Source of the DNA: Eledone cirrhosa
Taxonomy: Eukaryota
Reading direction: 5' to 3'
Assembly: GCA_964016885.1 (NCBI GenBank)
Contig: OZ024742.1
Location: forward strand, 287,432,001 to 287,496,000
Length of the DNA stretch: 64,000 bases
Shown: one piece after another, positions 12,235 to 26,225 of the stretch
Numbering within the stretch: the first letter of the stretch is position 1
Layout: each line of letters starts with the position of its first letter
Translations under genes and position numbers: made by a program
Notes under the pieces: model-generated
Seen by the model: the letters and a program-made list of their open reading frames with translations, nothing else
Database searches by the model: none
Told to the model about the DNA's origin: nothing

Positions 12235-13246
12235 TTAGTGTGTATGTGTGTTAGAGTGTGTGTGTGTGTGTGGCTGCGTTTGAATGTTGAGAGGTTCGCG
12301 CTGCAATCAATACGTCTGGGGTTCAATTCCTGCTTTGTGAGTGAAATTGGCTAATTTCGGGTCTCGAATGATCACCCCTCCCCTCACTTATTAATTTTTC
12401 AAATAATTTTTCCCTCTCTTACCCACCTCCGCGCATATTAAATTTTGCTAATCAATCTCCGGTAAAATTTTATTTTAAGTGGTAACATTCCTGCGACAAT
12501 TAATTTTCTTTAGACATTAAAAAACATACATAACAAACAAATACATTACTAGAAATACCATATGTTATGAAATAAATAGAAAGGGTTGGGGTCCCAATAT
12601 GCAAACTAAACGACTAATTCTGGTTTTTAAAAAATCAAGGAAGACAACCTAGAAAAATTACCGATTTTCGAACCACCCTACTTATTCCCACCTCCGCTTA
12701 TTCCCCCCTCTCTATTATTTGGGAGATTAGAATAAACGGAAACTGTTTGGATATCAATCGGATGGACTGACCTGTCATTCAAAGGGCCTCCTTGCTCCCT
12801 AAAAATTATGTTACGAGTATGCTGTGTCTGTGGAATACTCAGCCATTTCCATGTTAATTTTATGAGCAGGTTGTTCAGTTAATGTATCGTCACGACCGAT
12901 GAAGATCTATTGAGTGTGTCTGTGCGTCTGTGTGTCTGCGTGTGTGTGAGTGTGAGTATGTACATGCGTATGTATATGTGCGTGCATTTGAGTGTATGTA
13001 TGCATGCGTGTGCAAATGATTCCATGTATGCGTTTATTTATGCGTGTCTCTTTAAATGTGTATGAGAGAGAGAGAGAGAGGAGAGAGAGAGAAGAGAGAA
13101 GGGAGGGAGAGGGGAGAGAGAGAAGAGAGAGACAGACAGACAGAGAGACATAGATAGAGGAATATATATGTGTATGTGTGTATGTATGTGTATTCGTGTA
13201 TATGCATGCGTGTGCGAATGATTTCATGTGTGTATGTGTGTGTGTG

Positions 13247-13308
<62 letters not shown>

Positions 13309-14190
13309 AGTGTGTGTGAGTATGTGTGTATGTGTGTGTGTGTGAATACATGAGAGACATGATAGATATATAGATAAATATGTGGATGTTAGCGATTGTA
13401 CGTGTGTGTGTGTGAGTATGTGCATGTATATGAATGTGTGTGTCTGTCTCGTATTGATGTGTGTGCTTGTCAGTGTGTATGTATGGGAGAGCATGTGTAT
13501 GTATATGTGCGTGTGTAGGGAGGGGGGAGGGTTCATTATCGGATGATTGTGATAATGTAATCTGTTTTACTGAAGTGTCAACTTCATGTTGTCAAACAGG
13601 AAGTTTAAACATTTTGGACACTCACATTCACACATACACATCCAGCACATACACATCCCACACATACATATATATAAATATACACACATAGACAAACATA
13701 CATACCCACACATACACATACATACATACATCACACATACACATCAAATACACATATATATATATACACACATACACCAATACACACACATACATACCCC
13801 ACACACAGATACACACACATCACACATACACACGTACACACATACACACACATACATACACACATATACAATACACACATACGTACACATACACACACTC
13901 ACATACACACATACACACACACATACAGACATATATATATGCACACATACACACATACACACAAATGCACATATACATACACACACATACACACACACAA
14001 CCATGTATTCACACACCCACATCCATATATACATATATATATACATACAACGCACATGGCACCTGAATACATTTCTTTCAATATTTTCCAGGAATTTCAT
14101 GTTTTTTACCGTTTGTCCTAATTTTATTAAATATTGTTTCTTTCATGTTTCGTCTTCTTGAAATTCAATAAAACCAATACATAGCCTTTT

Positions 14191-14204
14191 ATCTCTCTCT
14201 CTCT

Positions 14205-14240
<36 letters not shown>

Positions 14241-14245
14241 CTATC
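14191..14245 (+). repeat. (TC)n(TATC)n microsatellite, upstream target of the Tx1 array
   Basis: Directly abuts the truncated 5' end of Tx1 copy A. Confidence 0.95.
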
Positions 14246-16933
14246 TTGTCCTTACCGGCAAGTAAGGCTTACAGGAACCGGATTAGCACTTTAGCTAAGG
14301 AGCAGTTGACGGGCGCCATCGTCAACAGCAGGTGGTGGGGATCTCTCAAAAGAGAGATTAGAGTAGTCTCTATAGAATTTAGCAAGGAGTTAGCCTCTAA
14401 CAGAAACAGGAAGGAAAGGGAGTTAGTAGATAGTGTAGAAGAGGCAATTAGAAGCGGCGACGTGGCCAGAGTGCTAGCGTCGAGAGCGGCCCTGGGCCAG
14501 TTCTTCGACGCGAAACACGAAGGCTGCATCGTCCGAAGCAAAATACGTGCTCTGGGAAACGAGGGGACCAAAGCTGTTAGCTGGGCCCGCGTGACAGAAG
14601 CCAAAAGAGGGAGCAGATCCACTATCCGGTCTTTGCGAGACCAGGATGGACGGGTGATCCTTGAACCTAAGCAGATGTGCGAGGCTTTTCAAAAGCACTT
14701 TGCCGGATTGTTCGGAAGGGGCGGGGGGCCGGTTGGTTATGTGGACTTCGGTCCATACCTCGACGGCCTTCCGCGTCTCTCGGACAGGGAGGCGAAGTCC
14801 TGCGAGGAGCCGATTTCAGCCGCTGAGATAGAGGACGTGCTGAGCCAATGCGGCAAACGCAAATCCCCGGGTCTCGATGGTCTTCCATACGAACTATATC
14901 TAGCTATGCCGGACTTGTTCCCCGATCTCCTTGAGGCGGTCTACTGCAACTGGCAACAGAACAGGAGAATTCCCTGTGCTGTGACCAAGGGCGTAGTCAC
15001 GCTAGTGAGGAAGGACGAGAACAAGGGGGACGATATAAATACTTTCAGGCCCATAACTCTGCTAAATACAGAGTTACAGATTTTGGCCAAGGTGCTAGCA
15101 AAGAGGTTGGCGCTTGTCGTGGGAAACCTGGTGGGAGATGCGCAGACATGTGCTATCCCGTCCAGGTCCATCCACGACAACCTCCACCTCATGCGATACA
15201 TCATAGAGAGGGTTGGGAACGAACCCAGCTTTGGTGGGGCCCTGATCAACTTGGATCAATCTAAGGCATTCGATAGGGTCGACCATGGTTACCTGGATGC
15301 GGTGCTAGCGGCGGCAGGCTTCGGACCCGTTTTCAGGGGCTGGATCAATGCCATGCACAGCAGCCGCATCTGCTCTAGGGTCAAGGTGAACGGCTACCTC
15401 TCGGAGCCGTTCGAAATCGCGCGGTCCATCCGACAGGGGTGCCCTCTCTCCTCCCTTCTGTATGTAATGACTCTAGAGCCACTGCTGCGGAAGTTGGAGT
15501 TGTTGCAGGGCATCCCGTTGGAACCGGGATTGCGGAAAGCGGTGTCAGCCTACGCCGATGACGTAACAGTAATGGTGTCGACGGCCTCGGAAATCGGGGC
15601 GATCGGCACCTTACTGGAGGAGTACGAAAGGTTTACAGGGGCTAAGCTGAACCGGGACAAGTCGATCGGTCTGCAACTCGGCACGTGGAGGGGCAGATCG
15701 ATGCCCTCCGATGGCGTCGTCGGGCGCTGGACGGAGGGCCCGGTGAAGTTGCTCGAGGTCTGGTTCGGACCAGACCTCCAGGTGGAGAAGAACTGGGGTG
15801 AGGTAACGAACAGGGTGTTTGCACTGACCCAGAAGTGGGCCGAGTGAAAACTGTCCCTGAAAGGTCGGGAGGAGGTGGCGAACACTTATATAGCGTCCGT
15901 CATCTACTACCGCCTGACCGTTGTGTCTTGCCCAAGGGAAACGCTCGCCAAAATGGAGCGCGCACTCTTCCAATTCCTTTGGAAGAAGCGGGCTCCTAAG
16001 GTGAGGAAATCCATCTGCTGTCAACACCCTTCGAAAGGAGGGCTGGGGATGCCGTGGCTAATGATACGTAAACACGCATTAAGGCTACGGCACCTTCAGG
16101 TATTCCTCTCCGGTCAACCGGTGTGGGCCCCGTTTGTGAGGCGAGCCTTTCCCAGACTCGTCTCACTCACCGAGCTGCAATCCTGGGTCAAGCAAAGACC
16201 GAGAAAACTGGGCGCCTGGCACACCGAGTGTGCCCAGGCGCTCACGGCTCTCAGGCAGGCGGACCCGGCTGTCAGTGGAGAATCCACCTCGTCATTCTAT
16301 AGAGGGCTGGTGGTTAGCAGGTGCGACGACGCCCTCGGAGAAGCCCTAGGCATGGAGGAAGACGAACTGGCAAACCTGTTCGGTAGGACATTCAGCCCGG
16401 GACCCATGGATAACTTCCAGAGGTCCCTGGCCTGGCAATGCTACAGAAGGGCTCTGCCCGTTCGAGAAAGGCTCTACAGACACGGGCGCCCGGGTAGGGA
16501 CCCCTCGAAAAAGATCTGTCCCAGATGCGTGTACGACGAGGAAACCGTTGCACACGCATTGGTACACTGCTCAGGCATTGCCGATCTGTGGGGCTATGTC
16601 AAACAACTGCTGTCAAGGGTGGGACCGATCCGGTTGACCACCGAGTCTATTGTAACGATCAAGCCGCCTCCCCTCTTCAAAAACGAAGGAGAGGCGGTGT
16701 TTCTGTGCGTAATAGCCATGGCGAAAGAGGTTGTATGGTGGACGCGTCTGAAAGGACTGAGGTCAGACACCTTTCTCTCTGGCCAACAACTGGTCCGTTT
16801 CTTCCGATATCATTTCGGAAGAAGGATCAGGATGGAGAGAGAGGTGCTGCACCCCAGCCGTTTTTATGAAAGATGGGTGAAAGTGGCGAGAATGGCCCGT
16901 GTGAATAGGCCTTCACTCTACATCAGACTATAG
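14246..16933 (+). pseudogene. Copy A ORF2 (RT plus C-terminal zinc motif, endonuclease missing), one in-frame stop at 15845-15847
   Basis: ORFs 14246-15847 and 15875-16933 are in the same frame; TGA stands where the sister copies have TGC. Confidence 0.85.
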
Positions 16934-17105
16934 GTGAGGAAGATGAAAGACCAAGGGAGCACCCCTTCTCTGTGCTCCTGAGGAAAAGGGTTGCACACTT
17001 TTTTTCGGGGGTGTGTGCGACCCCCCAAGGCGCCTCCTCTCTATTGAGGATTTTGTTATAAATTTTATTCTGTTATTTTGATGCCCTGGTGGCAAATAAA
17101 AGAAA
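14246..17105 (+). mobile_element. Tx1-clade non-LTR retrotransposon, copy A (5'-truncated)
   Basis: RT motifs KSPGLDG, RPITLLN, LDQSKAFDRVDH, IRQGCPLS, YADD; C-terminal CPRC-x8-H-x4-C; 3' end GTGGCAAATAAAAGAAA followed by (TATC)n. Confidence 0.9.
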
Positions 17106-17107
17106 CA

Positions 17108-17153
<46 letters not shown>

Positions 17154-17431
17154 CCTTGACAGAGTGAGACACGCTTCACATCGGCTCCGCTATTCTATCG
17201 GAATTTACCCTTACTATAGTAAGTACCAGTGAATTATTTCAGTGTAACACATTTGGAACACTTACCCCTGTTATTTAGGGAAACATTTTTACATTTACCC
17301 CCTTTTTAGGGGGTAAAATAAATAACTATTTTTCTGTAAAACTTCTTTCTTGGCAGCATGGCGGGAAAGATGGCAGACATGTCTGCCATTAGCTCTGCCA
17401 CGCCCCCCCCCCCAAGTCTGAAGAACAAAAA

Positions 17432-19178
17432 ATGGATACAACAAAACTAGACAACGAAACAAACAAGGAAAATGAAAAAACAAATGTTACGGAAAATGAG
17501 CAAACGCAAAACAAACAAACAGAAAATAAGAATACAAAAAACAACAAGGCAACTTTCGCCCAGACAACAAAAAAATCTATAATATATACACCTATAGAAT
17601 TAAGTACCGCCAGAGAGAAACTGGCAGAAGCAAAAAAACACACAGTCTTAGGGGAGAACGGAATGTTTTCCATTAATTCCCCCCCAGAATTCAAGAAAAC
17701 GAGAATAGAAAGCACTGTTCTGTTTAGAACAATCCTAAACCAAACGAGAAAGCCAGCACAGCCCAGCCAAATGGAGATAGAGTTGGTCCTAAAAGACTAT
17801 ATGAAGAATATTCTCTTCATACGAAAGGACCGACTCTATGGCAGCATTTCGGTCTTAACAAAAGACAGGGAAACAGCGCAGAGGCTTTCCCTAAGCCCAC
17901 TCTCATCAATAGCATACAGCTTCTATCCATCCTACATGGGTAGAAGAACACAGAGAGTCAAAATACAGACAATGCTGCCCACAATGGACTTCTGGTGGGC
18001 TATTCCTGGCTTCATAGACATGGGCGAGGACACAGTGCTGTCAATGGGGAAGGCATCTGGAGATGCGTTCCTGGGAATGGGCCTCGACCTACTAGTCCAA
18101 ATGAGGCCCGAAAGAATAGCGCAAATCCCGGATCGCATCTGGCTGGATGACCTCACCCCAATATATATAATTGTAGAGGGGAGAAGACCAGCATGCTATT
18201 CATGCACGGAAAGGGGACACGTTAAGGCTAACTGCCCGAATCGTATCCCCCAAAAAGGACTATTGCCCACACCCACCACAAACAGTACACCAACACCACC
18301 CACCTCCAAAAATACACTAATACCACACACAGCAAACAAAGTACAGACACCACCAACCACAAGCACAACACAAACATCACCACCACCAGCACCAAACACA
18401 AGCACGACACAAAAATCACCACCACCACCATCACCAACCACAACACAAACATCACCACCACCATCACCAACCACAAGCACGACACAAACATCACCACCAC
18501 CACCACCACAAAACGCATTCCAAACAAATAAAAAAAAAAAAGCAACAAATCTACCCCTCCCGCAAAAAAAAACAACCAGACACCACGTCCCTGCCACCTA
18601 GCGCTGAAGAGTTTCCCCTAACTTCTAAAGAAGAAGGAGGAGAAGCCTTCAGACAAGTTAAAAGAAAAAAACGAAAGCACACACCCAGCACACCTCAACA
18701 ACAAATAACCCACACACAAACACCAACTCCAATCAAAAACACCCCACCCTCGACAAACAACAATAAATCTGCGCCTCCCCTCTTCGAAACATTGACAGCA
18801 TCACAAAAAAAGACTTTGCAATACACATATATAAATAAAGAAAACAAAAAACTGTTTAAATTAATAAACAATAGCCCTTTGGTGCAGACCGAAGGGCCAA
18901 ACTTTATCTCAACAGAGAACTTCACCCATTTAAAAATGATAAAGGTCCCTCTGGACCTTTATCGTTCCTTAAAAGAACAATTTAAACAGGACGTGAGCCC
19001 CCCCTGTTTAAAACCGTTAAATCGCGTCCTCTTGAAAGATTTCCCCATAACCTCCCCTCTCCCTGACACAACTCCAAATACCCCAACCCCACCACACTCG
19101 GATACCCCACACCACCACAAAACATCCCTCCACCCAACACACCCGACGCCATGGAAATTACACAACCCGGAGAGGTAG
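17432..19178 (+). pseudogene. Copy B ORF1 (Gag-like, CCHC zinc knuckle, Pro/Thr-rich linker), frameshifted
   Basis: CYSCTERGHVKANC; the C-terminal segment IKVPLDLYRSLKEQF...KPLNRVLLK is homologous to copy E. Confidence 0.8.
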
Positions 19179-19218
19179 GTGCTTTTCTTTCTTCACTTTC
19201 AACACCAAAATAGATTAA

Positions 19219-22200
19219 TTGAGAGTTGGCTGTTTGAATGCGCGTGGCCTGGGCTCAGCTTGGAAGCAAGCAAAGCTTCTAAGTGACCTCAGGTCACGAA
19301 GTATAGATGTGATGGTTGTTTGCGAGAGTCGGATCAGCAGCGTGCGACAGCTGGCTTCCGCCTTCGATGACTTTGAGATGCACGCATCTCTCTGTCAACC
19401 CGGAGGCGGGGTGGGGTTGCCGTACTGCTGGATAAACGTCTGGCTCTCGACGTACAGATTGTTCACTCGGGCCCGAGGGGTCGATTACTGGTGCTGGACG
19501 TCGGAGGCGGTGAAGGCGGGGCTTTCAGACTGGTCGGTCTTTATGCCCCCTTCGGGGCTGAAAGAGCCGACTTCTTCCAGCGTCTGGAGACTTTTCTAGG
19601 AACGTCGCTTTCCCTGATTTTAGTGGGGGACTGGAATCGAATCCTAGATGCGCATTGGGACTATGCAGGGGCATGTCCCGATAGAGGGGGGTGTAGCAGC
19701 CTCAAGGGGTTACTCGATCGATTCGACCTGGTCGATAGATTTCGACTAGATTTTCCAACTGTGCCAACCTGGACCTGGGCAAACCGCAGTGGTCAATCTA
19801 GATCGTACCTAGATAGGTTTTTGGTTAGGAGTAAGGATAGGGACGTATTTAGTTGTCCAGAATTGCTCATGGTTGGCTATTCAGATCACAAATTAGTGAC
19901 CTGCGTGGTCAACCTTGATAGAGCGCATAGACAGGGTCCCGGTTACTGGAAGATGAACTTGTCCTTGCCGGCAAAGGAAGCTTACAGGAACCGGATTAGT
20001 AGCTTAGTTAAGATGCAGTTGACGGGAGCGATCGTCAACAGCAGGTGGTGGGTATCTCTAAAGAGAGAGATTAGAGTAAGTTCGATAGGTTACAGTAAGG
20101 AACTAGCGGCGAATAGAAATAGGAGGGAAAGGGAGTTAACAGATAAACTAGAAGAGGCGATTAGGAGCGGAGACGTGGCCAGAGTGTTAGCGTCGAGAAC
20201 GGCGTTGAGCCAGTTCTTTGACGCGAAGCACGAAGGCTGCGTTGTCCGAAGTAAAATACGTGCTTTAGGAAACGAGGAGACCAAAGCTGTTAGCTGGGCC
20301 CGCGTGACAGAAGCCAAGAGTGGGATTAAATCCACCATTCGATCTTTGCGAAACCAGGATGGACGGTTGATCCTTGAACCTGAGCGGATGTGCGAGGCCT
20401 TTCAAAGGCACTTTGCTCGACTGTTCGGAGGGGGCGGGAGGCCGGACGGGGATGTGGACTTCGGTCCATACCTCGACGGTCTACCGCGTCTTTCGAGCGG
20501 CGAAGCGGAGTGCCGCGAAAGGCCAATCACAGCCACTGAAATCGGGGAAGCGCTCAGCCAATGCAGCAGACGCAAATCTCCGGGTCTCGATGGTCTACCA
20601 TACGAACTTTATTTAGCTATGCCGGTCATGTTCTCCGAACTCCTCGAGGCTGTCTATTGCAACTGGCAACAGAACGGGAGAATTCCCTGTTCTGTGACCA
20701 AGGGCGTGGTCACGCTAGTGAGGAAGGACGAGAGCAAGGGGGACGACTTAAGTAACTTTAGGCCCATAACTCTGCTGAATGCAGAGTTACAGATTTTGGT
20801 CAAGGTGTTGGCGAAGAGGTTGGCTCTTGTGGTGGGTGGTTTGGTGGGAGACGCGCAGACATGCGCTATCCCGTCCAGGTCCATTCACGACAACCTCCAC
20901 CTTATGCGATACATCGTAGAGAGGGTTGGGAACGAACCAAGCTTTGGTGGGGCCCTGATCAACTTGGATCAATCTAAGGCGTTCGATAGGGTCGACCATG
21001 GTTACCTGGATGCGGTGCTAGCGGCGACGGGCTTCGGACCCGTTTTCAGGGGCTGGATTTCTGCCATGCACAGTGGTAACGTCTGCTCTAGGATTAAAGT
21101 AAACGGCTACCTCTCGGAGCCGTTTCAAATCACCCGGTCCATCAGGCAGGGGTGCCCCCTCTCCTCCCTTTTGTACGTATTGACTCTCGAGCCACTGCTG
21201 CGGAAGTTGGAGTTGCTGCGGGGCATACCCCTGGAACCGGGATTGCACAAAGCGGTCTCGGCCTATGCCGACGACGTAACAGTAATGGTGGCGGACGCCT
21301 CGGAAATCGGGGCGATCGCCACCCTACTGGAGGAATACGAAAGGCTGACGGGGGCTAGGCTGAACCGGGACAAGTCAGTCGGTTTGCAACTCGGAACGTG
21401 GAGGGGCAAATCGATGCCGTTAGACGGTGTCGTCGGGCGGTGGACGGAGGGCCCGGTGAAGCTGCTCGGGGTCTGGTTCGGACCGGACCTCCAGGTGGAG
21501 AAGAATTGGGGCGAGGTGACGAGCAGGGTGTTTGCGCTGACCCAGAAGTGGGCCAAGTGCAAACTATCACTGAAAGGTCGGGCGGAGGTGACGAACGCTT
21601 ACATAGCGTCCGTCATCTACTACCGCCTGACCGTCGTGCCTTGCCCCAAGGAAACGCTCACCATCATGGAGCGCATGCTCTTCCAGAGGAACTGGAAGAA
21701 GCGGCCTCCCATGGTGAGGAGATCCATCTGCTGCCAGCACCCTTCGAAAGGAGGGCTGGGTATGCCGTTGCTGTTGATGCGTAGGCACGCATTGAGGCTA
21801 CGGCATCTACAGGTATTCCTCACCGGTCAGCCGGTGTGGGCCCCGTTTGTGAGGCGAGCCTTCCCACAGCTCGTCTCGCTCACCGAGCTGCAATCCTGGG
21901 TGAAGCAAAGACCGAGAAAACTGGGCAACTGGCACACCGAGTGTGCCCAGGCGCTCACGGCTCTCTGGAAAGCAGACCCGACTATCAGTGGAGAATCCAC
22001 CTCGACATTCTATAGAGGGCTGGTGGCTAGCAGGGGCGACGACACCCTTGGAGAGTGGCTAGGCATGGAGGAGGACGAACTGGCCAGCCTGTTCAGTAGA
22101 ACTTTCGGCCCGGGACCCATGGACAACTTCCAGAGGTCCCTGGCCTGGCAGTGCTACCGGGGGCTCTGCCCGTTCGAGAAAAGCTCTACAGACACGGGCG

Positions 22201-22645
22201 CCCGGGAAGGGATTCCGCGAAAAAGATCTGTCCCAGATGCGTGCGCCACGAGGAAACCGTTGCGCACGCACTGGTACACTTCCCGGGCGTTGCCGATCTG
22301 TGGGGCTACGTGGAACGACTGCTGTCGCGTGTGGCGCCGATTCGATTGACCGCCGAGTCTGTGGTGAACATCAAGCCGCCTCCTCCCTTCAGAAATGAAG
22401 CAGAGGCGGTCTTTCTGTGCGTAATAGCCATGATGAAAGAGGTTGTGTGGTGGACGCGCCTGAAAGGTCTGAGGTCGGGTGACTTTCTCTCCGGCCAACA
22501 CCTGGTTTACTTCTTCCGATACCACTTCGGAAGAAGGATCAGGATGGAGAGAGAAGTGCTTGGCTCCAGACAGTTTTATGAAAGGTGGGTGAAAGAAGCG
22601 AGAATGGCTCGTGTAAATGGGCCTTCTCTCTACATTGTTCTGTAG
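19219..22645 (+). pseudogene. Copy B ORF2: APE endonuclease + RT + zinc motif, two frameshifts
   Basis: RVGCLNARGL, VCES, GLYAP, VGDWN, SYLDRF, YSDH; RT YADD; frameshifts near 19410 and 22160. Confidence 0.85.
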
Positions 22646-22899
22646 GTGAAGAAGTGAAGAGGAAAGGTGGAGCGCCTCCTCTCTGGGCTTCCCCCGCGAA
22701 AAGGGTTGCACACTTTTCGGGGGTATGTGCAATCCCCAACACGCCCCCTCCCTTTTGAGGACTTTTTATTATTATATTATTCTTATTGTTATGCCTTTTT
22801 CTTTACTCGCATTTATGTAAACTCCCCCCCCCCTGTGTATTTGTCCCTTTCTCTTGTGCCCTAGTGGCAAATAAAGAAATATATCTATCTATCTATCTA

Positions 22900-23320
22900 C
22901 AGACTGAAAGGGCTGAGGTCAGACACCTTTCTCTCCGGCGAACAACTGGTTCGTTTCTTCAAATATCATTTTAGAAGAAGAATCAGGATGGAGAGAGAGG
23001 TGCTGCACCCCAGAAAATTTTACGAAAGGTGGGTGAATGTGGCAAGGATCGCCCGAGTGGTTGGGCCTTCTTTTTATATAAACCTGTAGGTCGAGGAAGA
23101 AGTGGAAGAGAGGAGAGGAGTGCTCGCTCTTCGTGCTCCTGGAGATGAGGGTTGTACATTTTTTTCGGGGTGTGTGCAGCCCATTTGTAACGCCTCCCCT
23201 CTATTGGGGATTTCGTTTGTTTTATTCATTATTTTTGTTATACATTTTTACACGCCTTGTATGTAAACTCCCGAATTGTATTTGTCCCCATCTTTTGCGC
23301 CCTTGTGGCAAATAAAGAAA
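22900..23320 (+). mobile_element. Tx1 copy C (heavily 5'-truncated, ~420 bp)
   Basis: Last ORF2 codons, 3' UTR hairpins, GTGGCAAATAAAGAAA then TATATCTATC. Confidence 0.9.
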
Positions 23321-23387
23321 TATATCTATCTACATGTCTGTCTGTATGCCTGTCTGTCTGTCTGTCTGTCTGTCTGTCTGCCTATCT

Positions 23388-24220
23388 AACTCTGGGCGTC
23401 GAAGACGACGAACTCACAAGTCTGTTCGGTAGGACTTTCCGCCCGGGACCCATGGACAACTTCCAGAGGTCCCTGGCCTGGCAGTGCAACCGAGGAGCTC
23501 TACCAGTTCGAGATAAGATCTACAGGCACGGACGCTGTGGCAGGGATCCTTCCAAGAGGACGTGTCCAATATGCGAGCAGGACATTGAAACCGTCTTGCA
23601 CGCAACTGTACACTGCCCGGGCATAACCAACCTGTGGAACTACGCAGAACAACTGCTGTCACGTATGGGACAAATCCAGTTGACTGCCGAGTCCATAGTA
23701 AGGATCAAACCGCCAACTTCTTTCAAAAACGAAAGAGAGGCGGTTTTCCTCTGTATAGTGTCTATAGTAAAAGAGCTTATATGGTGGACGAGATTGAGAG
23801 GACTGAGGACAGATGCCTTTCTCTCCGGACAACAACACATTCCCCTCTTTAGGTACCACTTTAGAAGGAGAATCAGAGTGGAGAGAGAGGCACTGCACCC
23901 CAGTAAATTTACTGAAAGGTGGATGAATGTGGAAAAAATGGCCCGAGTGATTGGGCCTTCTCTGTATATAAACCTGTAGGTTGAAGAAGAAAGCAAAATG
24001 AGGAAAGGAGCACTTGCACAACACGCTCTTGGAGTTGAGGGTTGTTCTATCTACAGGGTATTAAACAACCCATTTGTTACGCCCCCCCCCCCCCTATTGG
24101 GGATTTCTATTGTTGAATTTGTTTGTTAAACATTTTTTTTTACACGATTGTATGTAAAATCCCCGGCATATGTCCTTGTATTGTCCCCTTTTCTTGTGTG
24201 CCCTTGTGGCAAATAAAGAA

Positions 24221-24221
<1 letters not shown>
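23388..24221 (+). mobile_element. Tx1 copy D (5'-truncated, ~830 bp)
   Basis: GPMDNFQRSLAWQC...CPICEQDIETVLHATVHC...GPSLYINL; followed by (TCTA)n at 24222-24283. Confidence 0.9.
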
Positions 24222-24283
<62 letters not shown>

Positions 24284-24500
24284 AGACGTGTGTAACTTCG
24301 CGGAGAAGTTTCCGTTAATTTATGTAAGAAAAAAACGTGAGTTTTTAGTTAAATTTTATATCATTGTGTAACTTGACCACCCGTCTGGACCTTCAGGTGG
24401 TGGGTCAACTCATTTTCGCCCCTACAGGGGCGGAATATCCATTAAAAAAATTTTTCTCCATCGAATCTTGGAAAAAATATTGTAAAATTTTGATTACGTT

Positions 24501-26151
24501 ATGAACGCTGCGTCCAACGTTAATGGTGGTGGAGAGGCGGTAAGACTACAAAGCTCGCAGTCAACAACGTCTTCTTCACTAGATACTATAGAGATGGAAA
24601 GACAAAATGAAAATGTAAAAACGGATTCATATCCAAACAACACAAATGACACCAAACAGTTCAATGACAACAAAAATAACAGCAAAACCAATAATGATGA
24701 TAAAAGCAACAATGATAACAACAACAAAGAAAAAAATAAAGACAACACCAATAACACCAGCATCAAAGACAACAACAACACCAAGGAAAAGACGAATACT
24801 ATCAACATCGGTGACAACAAGAATAACAACAACAATAACAACAATAATGACAACACCACCAATACGGATTCCACAAAGAAACCAAAAATCTCCTTTGCAG
24901 AGAAAGTTCAAAAGAAGGAAGAATTGATATATCTCGACATAACAAATGCTGAACAACTTTTAAAGGACGCTAAGAGATATGTCACTTTCGAAAAAAATGG
25001 TGCTTTCAGCACCAATTGTATCCAACCTGTACACCTTTTTCTCTACATACATGGGAAAAAGGACACAAAAGATCAGAATCACGAGTGTCACACCAAAGGT
25101 GAACATATGGTGGATACTGTGCGGCTTCATCAATTTTGATGAAGACAGAATACTGTCAGTAGGAAAGTCCCCCAGAGATGTATTCAATGGGACTAGCATT
25201 GAAGTTCTGGTGCAAATGAGCCCAGAGAGAATAGCCATGATCCCACAGCGTGTACTCCTGGACGGACTCACCTACATAAACTTTTCGGTTGAGGGTAGGC
25301 GGCCTTCATGTTACCATTGCTTTAGCAGGGGTCACCTGAGGGCTTCCTGTCCTAAATTAATGAACTAAAAAAAGGCTCTTCTGCCGACACCCATCAAAAC
25401 AACACAACCACCAACACCACCAGAACAACAACAACACCAACACACAAAAATAACCACAACAAACACAGTCCCACCCAACCCCACTCCACCTAAAACCACT
25501 GCAAAATCACATACAGACACAACAGCTCCCCAAGACATACCCCTCCCCAATCACACAGACGATACAACAGATGAGGCTATCTCGCCATCACCCAGTGAAG
25601 ACGAGGGAGAACCCCATCGCTCGAAAAGAAAGAAAAGACATCACAAAAGCAAAAAACCAGCAAACACTACCACAAACATACAACCACCAACACAAACAAC
25701 AAAAATATCACAAACAAAACCCCCACCTCCTGAAAACAAAATACCTACAACAAAACGAAAGCACACACAAGAACTACAGACAAAAACAAACACAACACAA
25801 GAAAATTACACTTACACTTACATAAACACTGAAAACAAAACACTAATGGAGACCATCACGAACGACCCTTCGGTTTTCACCGAAGGGAAAACTTTCGCCC
25901 ACTCTATAAAAAATAGCAAAAAACTGAACCTAAAACTGATTAGGGTCCCTATACAAACTTATAGGTCCCTAAAAGAAACATTTGAGAAGGATGTGGGGAA
26001 TTCCTGCGTGAAACCACTCAACCGCGTCCTTCTCAAATGCCTCCCCACCCAGACACCCCCATCCCACCAGACCCCACCCCACCAAACATCTGCGTCCCCA
26101 CCCCGCCGGAAACCACCACCCATCCAGACAACCCCGCCAACACCCCCATAG
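24501..26151 (+). pseudogene. Copy E ORF1 (Asn-rich N-terminus, CCHC knuckle), disrupted
   Basis: VEGRRPSCYHCFSRGHLRASC; frameshifts and stops; apparent internal deletion near 25020 relative to copy B. Confidence 0.8.
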
Positions 26152-26225
26152 AAATCGTGCGGCCTGGTCCCCAGGAGGCGAAGGGTGAGTGATCTCTTTT
26201 CCTCTTTTAACTTTTCAGAACCAAC

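Larger units (their letters stand above)
17154..22879 (+). mobile_element. Tx1-clade non-LTR retrotransposon, copy B (full-length, ~5.7 kb)
   Basis: 5' UTR, ORF1, ORF2 and 3' UTR lie between (TATC)n tracts 17107-17153 and 22880-22899. Confidence 0.9.

Noticed and set aside
18196-18597. Antisense ORFs over Tx1 ORF1/ORF2
   Set aside because: They are shadows of low-complexity or coding sequence and have no independent motifs.
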